A stretch of 64,000 nt of DNA from a virus (taxonomy: Duplodnaviria; Caudoviricetes), in IMG/VR virus record IMGVR_UViG_3300044682_000021, positions 96-64,095 of that record. One strand, given 5' to 3'. A model generated the notes under the pieces. That model was not told the DNA's origin, searched no databases, and saw only the letters and a list, made by a program, of their open reading frames with translations. The position numbers and the translations under genes were made by a program. Below are positions 1 to 9,942 of the stretch, in pieces (the first letter of the stretch is position 1; each line of letters begins with the position of its first letter).

Positions 1-86
1 TGCAATGCGATCACAGCCTGCGGCAGGCCGACGTACCATTCTGCCGCCGCCCATGCGCCTTGGCCTGCTACCGTCTTGGCCTCGTT
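1..86. repeat. Terminal overlap identical to 63915-64000 (circular assembly junction)
   Basis: Exact 86-nt identity starting tgcaatgcgatcacag; an ORF reads in frame across the junction. Confidence 0.97.
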
Positions 87-1352
87 GGCGATCTGGGAAT
101 TGACCAGCCCTAGGTATTCGCTGATCTTCCGTACGGACTCGGGATTATCAAACACTCCGATGTCGGCGGCCAGCCCTCCGACGGACTTGGTAGGATCAGG
201 GCCAACGAGGGAGTTCCGCGCCTCGTCAACGGCTGTGGCCTGCTTCTGGAGGATGTTATACTGACGGGCGGGGATACCATGGCCGCCGCTATTGCCCCCA
301 CCGCCGCCCCCCGATCCCTTGCCGCCGCTGGATGATTTGCTGCCGCTGCTACCCGTCGCCGACGGCATCACCTTCCGCGACGTGGAGTGCGTCGGTTGCT
401 GCTCGAACTGGTTCGTCGTGGGATTGAACACAGGCATCTCGCCCGTGTGAACCGTCTCCATCATCGACGTGGGGATGATGACAGGATCGTCGATCTTCTG
501 ACCGTCTGGGCCGAACACCTCGCCTGTGGTGGGATCTTGCAACGCAGGCACCTGTGTCCCGTTGGGATTGCTTACCTTAACAGGGTGCATGGACTTGGCG
601 CGGATCGCAGCTCCACCAACCTTGGCTCGGATAACTTCGCGTATCTGATCGTCTGTGAACCCCGCCGCCTTGAGCCCCTTCTGCATTCCCGTGATGGTGG
701 CCGTTTCCTCGGCTTCCTTCTTACCCACGTCGGCGGTAAGCGCGTCCTGCGACTTCATCATCGCATCCTGCGCCGCCTCGGTCGCAGACTCCTCCAGCGG
801 ATTCGGCGGCGGTGGGACTGTGGCCTGCTGCTGCGGCTGTGGCGACGCCTGCTCCCCCTGTGGCGGTGGCTGTACCGTCTGCTGTCCCTGCTTGGCCTGC
901 CCCTGTCCCTGCTGCCCACCCCCGCCGATATGCTTCAGCAACCCGCCCATGGCCTCGATGATCGGCTTGGCCGCCTTCGACTTCCCCGCGATCTTGGTGT
1001 AGTCCGCCCACGCGCCATCGGCCTTGGCCTTCCACATCAACACCTGTGGATCGTCCGTCGCTATCGGCTGGCCCGTCAGCGGGTTCTTCTTGTCCAGCAA
1101 CGCCTTGTGATAGAGGGTATAGTTTTGCTTGGCGGTGTCTGCGTGCCGTGACGCGTCTGCCATTATCTGATCGTGATGCTGCTTCAGCGCGGCGTCGATG
1201 GCCGGCGTCCCACCACCGCTCAACCGCGAGATGATCCCGCGCATCCGGTCCATCCCTCCGCCATTACCCGGAGCCTGAATGTCCGTCTGCGGATCGCCAC
1301 TTGGCGGCGGTGGTACGGTCGCTGCACCTTGCGTCGTTGTTTGTGGTGGCAT
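1..1352 (-). CDS. 5' part of a 593-aa putative internal virion/ejection protein that continues at 63914-63485
   Basis: Manual translation from ATG 1352 (MPPQTTTQGAATVPPPPSG) is open to base 1 and joins VIALQQGALAEAS; missed by the ORF track; Gln/Gly/Pro-rich; lies after the GNAT and pilot-like genes. Confidence 0.8.
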   Translation of the reverse strand, partial: MPPQTTTQGAATVPPPPSGDPQTDIQAPGNGGGMDRMRGIISRLSGGGTPAIDAALKQHHDQIMADASRHADTAKQNYTLYHKALLDKKNPLTGQPIATDDPQVLMWKAKADGAWADYTKIAGKSKAAKPIIEAMGGLLKHIGGGGQQGQGQAKQGQQTVQPPPQGEQASPQPQQQATVPPPPNPLEESATEAAQDAMMKSQDALTADVGKKEAEETATITGMQKGLKAAGFTDDQIREVIRAKVGGAAIRAKSMHPVKVSNPNGTQVPALQDPTTGEVFGPDGQKIDDPVIIPTSMMETVHTGEMPVFNPTTNQFEQQPTHSTSRKVMPSATGSSGSKSSSGGKGSGGGGGGNSGGHGIPARQYNILQKQATAVDEARNSLVGPDPTKSVGGLAADIGVFDNPESVRKISEYLGLVNSQIANEAKTVAGQGAWAAAEWYVGLPQAVIAL

Positions 1353-1356
1353 AGTG

Positions 1357-1941
1357 TTATCCGAATAGTGCGTCTACGAAGTCCGCCGCCAAATCCCCTG
1401 TGGACTTGGCGGTCTGCTGGTGCAGCGCGTTCGACTCAGCGCGAGAGTTGCCCGCCAGTGACGTGAGGCTGGTGGCCGACGAATCCGCTACGCCGAGCAG
1501 GTTCCCGGCCTGCGACGCCATCGTCCCTCCCACAGCAGTCGCGCCCCCGGCGGCCTTGGACTTGGCGTCGTTGATGGCGCTGTCCACCGAGGCGCGCTTC
1601 TGGTCGTCGAGCGTCTGCGTGGTAGCGTTCACTCCCCCACCGCGCGCAGTGCCGCTGGTGGCGATGGATCGCTTGGCCGCGTCCGTGGTCGCGTTGGCCG
1701 CGTTGACGGTAGGTGCCACCGCGCTGAGCGTGGATGCACGGTCGCCACTGAGCAGCTTCGAGTAGTACGCCCCCGCTTGGCCGAGGAGATCCTGCGACTG
1801 GCCCGTTTCGTTCGCGCCGGACTTCATGCCGAAGTTGAACAGGTTGTTGAGGTCGCCGAATCCCGCGAGTTGGTTCTTGCGGTCAGTCTTGGCCGCCGAT
1901 CCGCCGAACACGTTGCCGATGTCTGTGGCGAGTCCAGGCAT
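1357..1941 (-). CDS. Putative DNA pilot/ejection protein (Ala/Gly/Ser-rich)
   Basis: Likely start MPGLATDIG overlaps the upstream stop (TAATG); composition and position match podoviral ejection proteins. Confidence 0.6.
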   Translation of the reverse strand: MPGLATDIGNVFGGSAAKTDRKNQLAGFGDLNNLFNFGMKSGANETGQSQDLLGQAGAYYSKLLSGDRASTLSAVAPTVNAANATTDAAKRSIATSGTARGGGVNATTQTLDDQKRASVDSAINDAKSKAAGGATAVGGTMASQAGNLLGVADSSATSLTSLAGNSRAESNALHQQTAKSTGDLAADFVDALFG

Positions 1942-2342
1942 TATTGAGTCCTGTAAACCGCGCTGGCTATCTTCTCCATCCCACGTTCGCGGCACAACTT
2001 CTCCGTCACCGGATCGCCCGCGAGCACCAGCCATCCTCTCGCGTCGGAATCCTTAAGGAACTTGACCATCTGGTCGGCCATATCGGCAGCGAGTCCCGTC
2101 CCGCGCTCGGCCTTGTCCACCCACATAGGTTCGGCGTGCGGTACCAGTTGCATGACGTGGAAGCCTACGATCTCCTCGCCGCGCTTGGCCAGCAGGATGC
2201 GTGTCAGGGATCGGTTGGGCATCATCCATGAGCGTTCAACAAAGGTGTCGCAGATGAATCCCCACTCTTCGCGTGTGGCAGGGCGTGGGCCTGCGCTATC
2301 CGGCCCGTCCACCCATTCGTAGGTTACGTCGTCAGCCATCAT
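1941..2342 (-). CDS. GNAT-fold acetyltransferase-like protein
   Basis: MWVDKAERGTGLA resembles GNAT motif A; position before ejection genes is usual in podoviruses. Confidence 0.7.
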   Translation of the reverse strand: MMADDVTYEWVDGPDSAGPRPATREEWGFICDTFVERSWMMPNRSLTRILLAKRGEEIVGFHVMQLVPHAEPMWVDKAERGTGLAADMADQMVKFLKDSDARGWLVLAGDPVTEKLCRERGMEKIASAVYRTQ

Positions 2343-2347
2343 CCCTC

Positions 2348-2803
2348 CTATTGTACGAGTAGTGTTACCAGCGCTGCGTCGTTCGCGTTGTCGGCGTCAA
2401 TATAGTACCGATACGGCCCCCAGCACGCCCGGTTCCGTGCGCTCGACGCCAGGAACAGCGTCTGCCCTGGCGGTAACACTGCAACCATCGAGCCGAAGTC
2501 GGTGTGGTTGCCCGCACCCTGTACGCCCTTGCGCATGATATACACGTTGCCGGTGTTGTTGACCACGCCCGTCCCGGCGTTCGACTTGAATCCCTGAAAC
2601 ATGATCTGCTGCGCCAGCTCCGTGTATTCGTTGTTCTGCGCGGCCCCGGCAGGCTCGGTCGCGGTCGCCGTCTCCGGCGCATTGTAAGAGTTGGGATCGA
2701 CAAGGGACATGATCCCGACAGGCGTGCCGGGTGTCGCTACGGTTATCAAGCCAAGGGGCCAATCTGGCCCCTGCTTGTCCTTCTGAATCGACTGTGTGGC
2801 CAT
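2348..2803 (-). CDS. Hypothetical virion-associated protein
   Basis: GGAGGAG RBS, beta-rich sequence, within the tail module. Confidence 0.55.
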   Translation of the reverse strand: MATQSIQKDKQGPDWPLGLITVATPGTPVGIMSLVDPNSYNAPETATATEPAGAAQNNEYTELAQQIMFQGFKSNAGTGVVNNTGNVYIMRKGVQGAGNHTDFGSMVAVLPPGQTLFLASSARNRACWGPYRYYIDADNANDAALVTLLVQ

Positions 2804-2828
2804 GTACTATCTCCTCCCGCCCATCGTA

Positions 2829-3122
2829 TCACTCGAAGATGAATCCACCAACTTTGGCGGAATATTTTAGCGCCTGTCCGTCCGTGGGCTGCGTTGCGGT
2901 CACGGGTATACCCATGATCTTGGTCGTCGATGGCCCCTGCGCCACCTGCTGGGCCAGCTTCCCGTGCTTCTGTTCCATCGCCTCCAGCCGCGCCTGCAAG
3001 TCCGCGTTGGTGCGACCCTGTTCATGGATGTGGTCGAACACCATCTTCCATTCGTCCTTGAGGTCGCCTGTCTTGAACGGGGACGGGTAGAAGGGATTCT
3101 GCTGTGGCGTCGTGGGTGGCAT
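2829..3122 (-). CDS. Small coiled-coil tail protein (97 aa)
   Basis: Start MPPTTPQQ overlaps the upstream TGA; heptad segment, then a fibre-like PTDGQALKY motif. Confidence 0.55.
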   Translation of the reverse strand: MPPTTPQQNPFYPSPFKTGDLKDEWKMVFDHIHEQGRTNADLQARLEAMEQKHGKLAQQVAQGPSTTKIMGIPVTATQPTDGQALKYSAKVGGFIFE

Positions 3123-3898
3123 CACTCCCCTCCCTGAAACGGATACGTGTCCGGCCCTAGCCGATACTCCGTGCCATCCGGTCCCCAGTGCGCCGGGAGC
3201 ACGCCGCCATGCGCCAGCATCGTCATTCCAGCCTCGCGCACCTTGCGGCAGAAGTACAGGTCGTCCGTCATGCTCCCGTCGGGCGGGTCGTGGAACCACG
3301 GCTCCGGCACGTGGTCGAACGCTGCCGTGCGGATCATCATGCAGCCAGTGGCGATCCCGCCGGGGCACTCGAACACCTCGTCCATGCGCCAGCGCCAATA
3401 CGGCCCAGCGCCCTCGGCAAGGAACACTAGCGGCGAGGGGGGATCGTACTTGTTCGTGTATATCCCCGCGCATAACGCCACCTCCGGCCCCGTGGACTCC
3501 AGCACGTACATCAGCTTCAGCACCGTGTCTGGCGGCGGCGGATTGTCGTCGTCGAGGAACAGCACGTACCGCGCTCCGAGCGTCCGCGCCTGCCGCACAA
3601 GGTCGTTCCGTGCTTCGTCGCGTTTTAGGCCCTTGGTCGCGGTCAGCATCCATTGCATGTTGGGCGGAAATTGCAGCAGGGCTAAGGCCAGCGCGAACTC
3701 CGGCGGCACATAGCGGCCCTCGAACGGAATGGCGATGACCAGCACTGGAGGTGTCGTGGCCGTTCGCTTTCCCTCCATCGTCCATCCCGGCGCGGGCGGC
3801 GGCAGCACGACGCGGCGCGGCTCCGGGCTCCCCGTCCCGCGCAGCATCACCTCGCTCAAGTCCATCGACGCCAGTGGCATCACATCCTCCCGATCCAC
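3122..3898 (-). CDS. GT-A/GT2-like glycosyltransferase
   Basis: VIAIP, ARN, YVLFLDDD (DxD), ATGCMMIR, TDDLYFC, and a terminal H. Confidence 0.8.
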   Translation of the reverse strand: MDREDVMPLASMDLSEVMLRGTGSPEPRRVVLPPPAPGWTMEGKRTATTPPVLVIAIPFEGRYVPPEFALALALLQFPPNMQWMLTATKGLKRDEARNDLVRQARTLGARYVLFLDDDNPPPPDTVLKLMYVLESTGPEVALCAGIYTNKYDPPSPLVFLAEGAGPYWRWRMDEVFECPGGIATGCMMIRTAAFDHVPEPWFHDPPDGSMTDDLYFCRKVREAGMTMLAHGGVLPAHWGPDGTEYRLGPDTYPFQGGE

Positions 3899-4004
3899 GC
3901 CGTCTCGAAGTCTGTCAGGGGCGGCAACTCAATCCCTTGCTGGGACGCACGACAAGCCATCCCTGCCACCCACTCGATAAACTTGGCTTGGCGCTCCCAG
4001 CGGT

Positions 4005-7000
4005 TCAGATGCGGGCTTGGTCCCCCGCCGACGACCCCAGGTTGCGGTATCGCAGATAATTGTCCTGTCGTGCCCATGCGCCGACCTCCACTTCCCAGTT
4101 CTCAAGGTACAACTGAAACGGTGCTGTGCTGGTAGCGACGTAGAAGAATAATTGCCCCTTGTTGGCGGTCAGTATCACTGCCAGCTTCTGCATCGCGCCA
4201 CCCGTCGCCGGGAGCGTGATCGCCGCCGGCGACTGGCCATCGTAACTCGTAATGGTGAGCGTCACAGGCTGCGTAGCCGCGTAGCACGGCGAAACCTGCT
4301 TGAGGTGCATGTAGCCTTGCAGCCCGTGCGCCGTTCCCTGCGTCTGCCATGTCTCCGCCATCTCCGGCGTCGCTTCGTACACCCACTCGACGCCGAAGAA
4401 CCGCCACGCCACCTGATCCGTCGGCTCCAGCCGCATCGTATGCGCCACGAAGGGAGCGTTGAACGAGTACGCGATGACGCACTCGCCGTTGTGCTGCACT
4501 ACTGGCGTGAACGCGTGCAGCGCCAATGCGTCGCCGTCGCGCACCTGCAATCCCTTCACGGCGTCGAACGTGTCCGCGTGCAGCAGGAATCCCTGCACCC
4601 ACTTCGCCGCCTCGGTCCCTGCGTCGTACCAGTCCGTGTAGCGGTCGGCGATGGTTTCCGGCTTGGGGACGTAGGACGGCTCCCACGCTTGGATGACCGT
4701 GGGCGCGGATTGCGTGGCGAAGTTATCTGTCCATGCCAGTTGCAGGCCGAGGAAGTCGGACAGGATCTCGCCGCCCAGCGATACGGGCGTCTGGACGACG
4801 CCAGCGGACGTGGGGATGGTCGTAGGTGGTGCCACCTGCGCCCCGAACGCCATCGGCGTCGCCATCACGCCAGTCGCCGTCACAGGTTGCAGGTAGGCCC
4901 AGAGGTCGCCCCACTGCTCTCCGGCGCGCAGGTCGCCGCCGTCCCATTCCAGTGTGGCGATTACGGCGGATATCGTCCCAATGGGCGGCGTGAGCACGAT
5001 AGCCACGCCCGCCACATGGGTCTTGGTGAAATTGGCGACGATCCCCGGCGATAAAGGCCCGCCGTCGTTAATGCCCTGGATGACTACGCTTTCACTGTTG
5101 ACGCCCGCGTCTATCTCCACCGTATCGCCGATCTCGAATCCTACGAAGCTTATTACTTTAACATTCTGTAATCCCGTAACCGTGATCGCAGCAGTGGTGG
5201 TGGTGCTAGCACCCAGCCCCGTGATGTCATTGGTGAAATCCTGTGCCACGAGGATCGGCCCGAGGCTCGACCCTGCGACCAGTTGCGGGTACGCACGCGT
5301 CTCGCTCAGCAGCGTCCCAGCCTGCTGCTCCAGGGCGTAGTACGTCGTGACTGTCATGGTGGCGAACGTGTCCGGCGTCCACGCATGACGGCGGATGTCG
5401 TAGGTCAGAGTACAGAATGCGCCAGTGGAGTTGCGGTACAGCGCCCGCAGGTAGCCCTCACACACGACCAGCCGGAACGACGCCGCGTAGGCGTAGTTGG
5501 GAGCGTATATCGTCTGACCGTTGTAAGTATAGTCCACCCCCGCCACACCATCGTGCGGGAACAGGTTATAGAGGTCCGCGTCCGTCAGCGACCCCCCGCC
5601 AGACGAGTAGATGCCATCCTCCGCCCACCAGTAGAGTGTCTTGCCGTCGTTGCAGTGGCCCCACGGCGCGGCGAGGCCTCGGGTGAGCGGCTGTTGGACG
5701 ACGGAGTAACGTTGCGTGGGATTCGACAGTTGCGGGTACAAGGCCCACCACCGCTTCGGCGACGCTACGTAGCTGAGTCCGTCAATGGTCTCCCCGCCCA
5801 GCAGCGGCTCCGTTGGCGGCGTGATCTCTATGGGATAGGAGTCGGGCGCGGCATCCGGCGCGTAATTCTTCGACGGATACAGCACACCGGGACGCACCGG
5901 ATCACCGACCGCGAAGACCGTCCCCGCCGCGTCTGGTCCCCACATATACGGCAGAAGTTGCCGCGCCATTTCGGGCTCGTAGATGGTGACAGGGATGCCC
6001 GCGAGCAGCGCTCCGGCGTTCTCTACGAGGGATAAGAGATAGGTGTTGCCGCTGATCAGCGTAGGCCGCGTCCGCAGCGTGTAAACGTTAATCCCTCCGA
6101 TCTGGATCAGGTTGCCGGGGAGATAGCGCAAGAGGTTGCCCGGCGTCACGGCCTGGACCAGCAACGCAGTGCCGACGACCTGGTCGGTGGTCTGGAGGAA
6201 CGGTACATCAATCGAAGGCCACGGTTCGAGGTTGTCGAACTCCAGTTCCTCGCCCTCGGATACGGCTTCGTCGGAATAGTTGTCTACGAATGGAGACACG
6301 GACGACGATGCCTGCTGGCCGACCTTGCGCCACGATGTAAGCGAGCCACCATAGCGGAACACGTCCCACGTGTCAATCTGAGCATCGTAAGCGGCGGATG
6401 GTGGGACCACGCTCACCGGGTTGCGCCGGGGGTTGACGCCATAGCGCGTCTCCGGCGACGGATTCCCCTTCGCACCCGTGACGCTGGACCGTGGCCGCAC
6501 GCGATACAGGTACGGCGCGCCACTGTCGCCTACGTCCGGCTGGAACCGCCCGAACACACTGCACTCGCCGACCGAGGCGTTCGTGGCAGCGCTTACATTG
6601 AACAGGAACTGGACCGCGTTGAGGTTCTGGAGCGACTTCGTCTGATCGTTGCCTACCCGCGTGAGAGCGGAAATGGGGAACACGATCTCCACCCATTGGC
6701 CGTCGCCGGGAGTGGTCTGGGCGCTGGAGGCGGTGGCAAGCTGGTTGTGCGACGCCGCCGCCTGCTCCTCGTCGATGGTCGCGCGCTGCGTGACCAGTTG
6801 CGCCGCGCCGAGTTGTGTCAGCGTGTTCTGCACCGCCGCCTCGATGTCCGAGACGCGCACCGTGTAGAAGTAGAAGTTCTGGGTGAAGGACCCGTCGCCT
6901 ACGTCCAACAGGAACTTGAGTTCGTTCAGCGACGCGAGTGTGGTAATGGCGAACGAGATATGGATATAGTCCTCGGGCTGGTACGAGCCTCCGGCGTTGA

Positions 7001-8210
7001 CGAACAGGCCTGCGAGGGACGCAGTGGTCGTGATGGTGCCGATCCCCGCGCCGCTGAGGTTGAACCCCGCTGTGGGCGACGTGAGCGACTGGCCGACCGC
7101 CCACAGCTCCGGTGACGATCCGGCGGTGATCTGGATCGCAGGTGGGCAGGTGAACGATTCCGCGCTGGTATGCGTGTTGACCGTCGAAGTCTCGAAGCAT
7201 ACGGTCCCGTTCGGTCCCTCCACCACGTTCCACACGATGCACGTCTCCGGGCCGCTGCTGAACTTGACCAGCGCGCCGCGGCGGAGGGAGTTGACAAGGT
7301 TCTGCGTGTACAAGGATTCCCCGCCGTCGCCGGGGCCTGTGGGCATGGACGCCGGGACGACGACGCAATGGCCCGTGCCGCCAGTAAAGTAGTAGATTGC
7401 GGCGATATCAATCGCGGTGGGCAAGGCCGGGAACACATCCTGCACCAGCACTTCCTCGCCCAGCGTGGAATTGATGATCGCCATCTGGCGGGTGTAATTG
7501 TTGACCACCGACGATGTGGTGCCGATGGTGATCGGGGAGCCGTTAATGGCGATTCCGGATGGGTCCGCGAACACGGATTGTATGGTGTCACTGATGCGCG
7601 TCTGGACCACTGGGGCGGATGCTACGCCGCTATGCGTGCCACCACTCCCGGCGGTGAAGAATGCAGACGCGATAATGGCGACTTGGTTGGCGGTGATGAC
7701 CGCTTCCGGCTGCGACTGCGGCTCCGCGATCCCTACCTTCTGCTGCGTCACGACGTTCGTCGCCGAGGGCGCACTGAATTTCTGGTAGTCGCTGCCGTTG
7801 GCCACGTACATCCACGGGTTCGGCGACTGAGCAGGACGGAATGGGATCGGGCTGGCCCCGGCGGACGCGCCTGCGCCTGCAAGGGAGCCAACGTTTGCCG
7901 CCGCCCCACCTGCGCTGCTGCCCATCCATATAGAGTCGTTGGAATAGCGGGCTATGAGTTGCGGCAGGTTGTCGGTGGCAAGAGCCGAGTAGGCGCGGAT
8001 ATTGGTCGCGTAGGCGCTGGTGTTGGCGGACAGGAGTTGCGGCAGGCCGGGGCGACAGCGTACCGAGGAGTCCTGCACTGCGCGGATATTCTGTGCGTAG
8101 GGATATTTGTTGGGGCCGACGGCATCCGGCGCGCTGTTGGTCTTGACGCCGCCCCATTTGAGGCGGAAGGCCTCCTGCGGGCGCTTGTAGCCTTGGCCGG
8201 AATCAGCCAT
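4005..8210 (-). CDS. Large tail protein, probable nozzle/stabilisation protein (1401 aa)
   Basis: N-terminal GGVKTNSAPD...QNIR...VRCRPG pattern like P22 gp10/T7 gp12-type nozzles; beta-propeller-like C-terminal half; coupled to the adaptor gene. Confidence 0.6.
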   Translation of the reverse strand: MADSGQGYKRPQEAFRLKWGGVKTNSAPDAVGPNKYPYAQNIRAVQDSSVRCRPGLPQLLSANTSAYATNIRAYSALATDNLPQLIARYSNDSIWMGSSAGGAAANVGSLAGAGASAGASPIPFRPAQSPNPWMYVANGSDYQKFSAPSATNVVTQQKVGIAEPQSQPEAVITANQVAIIASAFFTAGSGGTHSGVASAPVVQTRISDTIQSVFADPSGIAINGSPITIGTTSSVVNNYTRQMAIINSTLGEEVLVQDVFPALPTAIDIAAIYYFTGGTGHCVVVPASMPTGPGDGGESLYTQNLVNSLRRGALVKFSSGPETCIVWNVVEGPNGTVCFETSTVNTHTSAESFTCPPAIQITAGSSPELWAVGQSLTSPTAGFNLSGAGIGTITTTASLAGLFVNAGGSYQPEDYIHISFAITTLASLNELKFLLDVGDGSFTQNFYFYTVRVSDIEAAVQNTLTQLGAAQLVTQRATIDEEQAAASHNQLATASSAQTTPGDGQWVEIVFPISALTRVGNDQTKSLQNLNAVQFLFNVSAATNASVGECSVFGRFQPDVGDSGAPYLYRVRPRSSVTGAKGNPSPETRYGVNPRRNPVSVVPPSAAYDAQIDTWDVFRYGGSLTSWRKVGQQASSSVSPFVDNYSDEAVSEGEELEFDNLEPWPSIDVPFLQTTDQVVGTALLVQAVTPGNLLRYLPGNLIQIGGINVYTLRTRPTLISGNTYLLSLVENAGALLAGIPVTIYEPEMARQLLPYMWGPDAAGTVFAVGDPVRPGVLYPSKNYAPDAAPDSYPIEITPPTEPLLGGETIDGLSYVASPKRWWALYPQLSNPTQRYSVVQQPLTRGLAAPWGHCNDGKTLYWWAEDGIYSSGGGSLTDADLYNLFPHDGVAGVDYTYNGQTIYAPNYAYAASFRLVVCEGYLRALYRNSTGAFCTLTYDIRRHAWTPDTFATMTVTTYYALEQQAGTLLSETRAYPQLVAGSSLGPILVAQDFTNDITGLGASTTTTAAITVTGLQNVKVISFVGFEIGDTVEIDAGVNSESVVIQGINDGGPLSPGIVANFTKTHVAGVAIVLTPPIGTISAVIATLEWDGGDLRAGEQWGDLWAYLQPVTATGVMATPMAFGAQVAPPTTIPTSAGVVQTPVSLGGEILSDFLGLQLAWTDNFATQSAPTVIQAWEPSYVPKPETIADRYTDWYDAGTEAAKWVQGFLLHADTFDAVKGLQVRDGDALALHAFTPVVQHNGECVIAYSFNAPFVAHTMRLEPTDQVAWRFFGVEWVYEATPEMAETWQTQGTAHGLQGYMHLKQVSPCYAATQPVTLTITSYDGQSPAAITLPATGGAMQKLAVILTANKGQLFFYVATSTAPFQLYLENWEVEVGAWARQDNYLRYRNLGSSAGDQARI

Positions 8211-9571
8211 CAGGAGGCCGCCTCCGCCGGGTCAAGGTCGGGCGTGTACTCAGGGTTCATGTTCGATTCCAACTGAGATTGGCCGTACAGGAGTTTGGCG
8301 AACTCTCCCGACTCGTCGATGCGCGATGCGGCGAGCGACGCCTGCCACAGGAACCGGGAATAGAGTGGCACGGTAGCCATGAACTCCTGTCCGCCCATTT
8401 TGAACGCGGCGAGGTGTTGTGCGTAGTCGAGGATGGCGTCGTAGGCCCCACGGTCCACTTGCAGGAAGTCGGTGGCGAGCACGGGCACTGGCGCGTTCTG
8501 CACGACGGTTGCGGTCAGGGAATACGGCCCCGCGTCCGGCGGGGGGTTCAGCGCTACGAGGTTTAGCCCCGCGGTCAGGGCTTCCGTCGCAGGCCCCGGT
8601 GCGTGCGCCTCCCAGCCAGTCTGGTAGAGGTCTGCCGATCGTACCGCATCAACGCGCAATGGGACGCCATTGACGCGCAGGCCCAGCGTAGCTGGAGCCG
8701 CAGCCAGCAGCTCCAGTCCCTGCCGATACCGCCCTTCACAATACTTGGCGCGGAGCGGATCTTTCGCGTTCGACTCGGTGCCCAGCAGGTCCATCAGCGA
8801 GCCCCAGCGCAGCAGCCAGGTCCAATCATCGGGGATGGACAGCGTGGAGGGAGCAGCGGCGGATAGCGTGGCCCCGGATTGGACAACCAGCAACTCGTAG
8901 CTGCCGGGGATCGCAGGAGGCACGTCGGTGTCGAAGGTCAGCGTAGGCTCGGTGGTCACGCGGAACGTGCTAGGCGTCTGGTTGCTGGCGGTGGCGTATC
9001 CCACGTCGAACGAGTCCAGCGACCATGTGTCCTCCGGCCACAGTACAATCGACGACGGCAGGCCGAATCCCGCGACAGGCTGGTACACGACTCGGCGGAT
9101 GGCGAGGGTGGTATCGGGGACCGCGTTGCGGGTGTAGCCGGGGGTGACTGGCAGCTTGATCCGCGTCAGCGTGCAGCCGCTGGTAGCCAGCGTTTCGTCC
9201 CGGCGGCGCTGAAGGGCGGCGATCAGGTTGGCGATGCTGAACTGGCGCGATCCGGTCCACGTCAACGGATAGGTGGCCGTCAGGGGCTCCAGCAGCGAGT
9301 ATTCCATCGACTCGTAGAGGGATTGATCCGTGACCGTGTAGGGGCGGAGGGACGCCGCAGCCGCAGTGAGGTCATAGAACACAGTTCCCTGCGTGCTGGG
9401 TAGGGTGAAATCCCCGCGCTGTTGGCCCGTGAAGGCGTTCCACGTCCGAAGGGCCTCTTGGAGCAGCACAGTGAGTTCCGCAGGCGACCAGAACTGCATG
9501 GTAGGGTCGTAGAGCCGCGATGCGAGGTCGGATTGCGCGGTGGCCAGAGTGACGTAAGCGTAAGTGGCCAT
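8210..9571 (-). CDS. Probable tail adaptor/connector protein
   Basis: TLATAQSDLASRL..WSPAELTVLLQEALR helix pattern of adaptor proteins, apparently duplicated internally. Confidence 0.55.
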   Translation of the reverse strand: MATYAYVTLATAQSDLASRLYDPTMQFWSPAELTVLLQEALRTWNAFTGQQRGDFTLPSTQGTVFYDLTAAAASLRPYTVTDQSLYESMEYSLLEPLTATYPLTWTGSRQFSIANLIAALQRRRDETLATSGCTLTRIKLPVTPGYTRNAVPDTTLAIRRVVYQPVAGFGLPSSIVLWPEDTWSLDSFDVGYATASNQTPSTFRVTTEPTLTFDTDVPPAIPGSYELLVVQSGATLSAAAPSTLSIPDDWTWLLRWGSLMDLLGTESNAKDPLRAKYCEGRYRQGLELLAAAPATLGLRVNGVPLRVDAVRSADLYQTGWEAHAPGPATEALTAGLNLVALNPPPDAGPYSLTATVVQNAPVPVLATDFLQVDRGAYDAILDYAQHLAAFKMGGQEFMATVPLYSRFLWQASLAASRIDESGEFAKLLYGQSQLESNMNPEYTPDLDPAEAAS

Positions 9572-9730
9572 TTACTTCCGGCCTCGTTTGCGCCTCGACT
9601 TCTTCTCGTTCTTGCGTTTATTCTCGGTCGCGTAGAAGACGCGCTTGGCCTTGTCCGAGTCGCCATAGGTGCGCTTCATAGCAGACATTACTTCCGCGCC
9701 GTGGCCTTCGTAGTGCTTCGACACAGGCAT
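9572..9730 (-). CDS. Small basic phage protein (52 aa)
   Basis: Manual: MPVSKHYEGHGAEVMSAMKRTYGDSDKAKRVFYATENKRK...; GAGGA RBS. Confidence 0.65.
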   Translation of the reverse strand: MPVSKHYEGHGAEVMSAMKRTYGDSDKAKRVFYATENKRKNEKKSRRKRGRK

Positions 9731-9732
9731 CG

Positions 9733-9933
9733 CTAGTCCTCATGCGGCCCGTAATCGTCATCCCTGCCCTGTTTGAAGCGCGGCCGCACATGCAGCGCGA
9801 ACGCCGCAGGGTCCGCCGCGATTTCGCGCACGTTCTGGCGGTCGCGGACCACGGTGGGACCGTGTCGGTCGGGGACGACAGGCGGCAGGTTGTCGTTGCG
9901 TCTAGAGCCGTATTCCTCGTCGTAACAGGTCAT
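9733..9933 (-). CDS. Hypothetical protein
   Basis: GGAGG RBS; fills the gap in the operon. Confidence 0.5.
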   Translation of the reverse strand: MTCYDEEYGSRRNDNLPPVVPDRHGPTVVRDRQNVREIAADPAAFALHVRPRFKQGRDDDYGPHED

Positions 9934-9942
9934 GGCATCCTC

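Noticed and set aside
387-1151. Long opposite-strand ORFs such as 387-1151, 7170-8276, 28088-29263 and 33575-34804
   Set aside because: Shadow frames of GC3-biased genes: Arg/His-rich, with no RBS or motifs.
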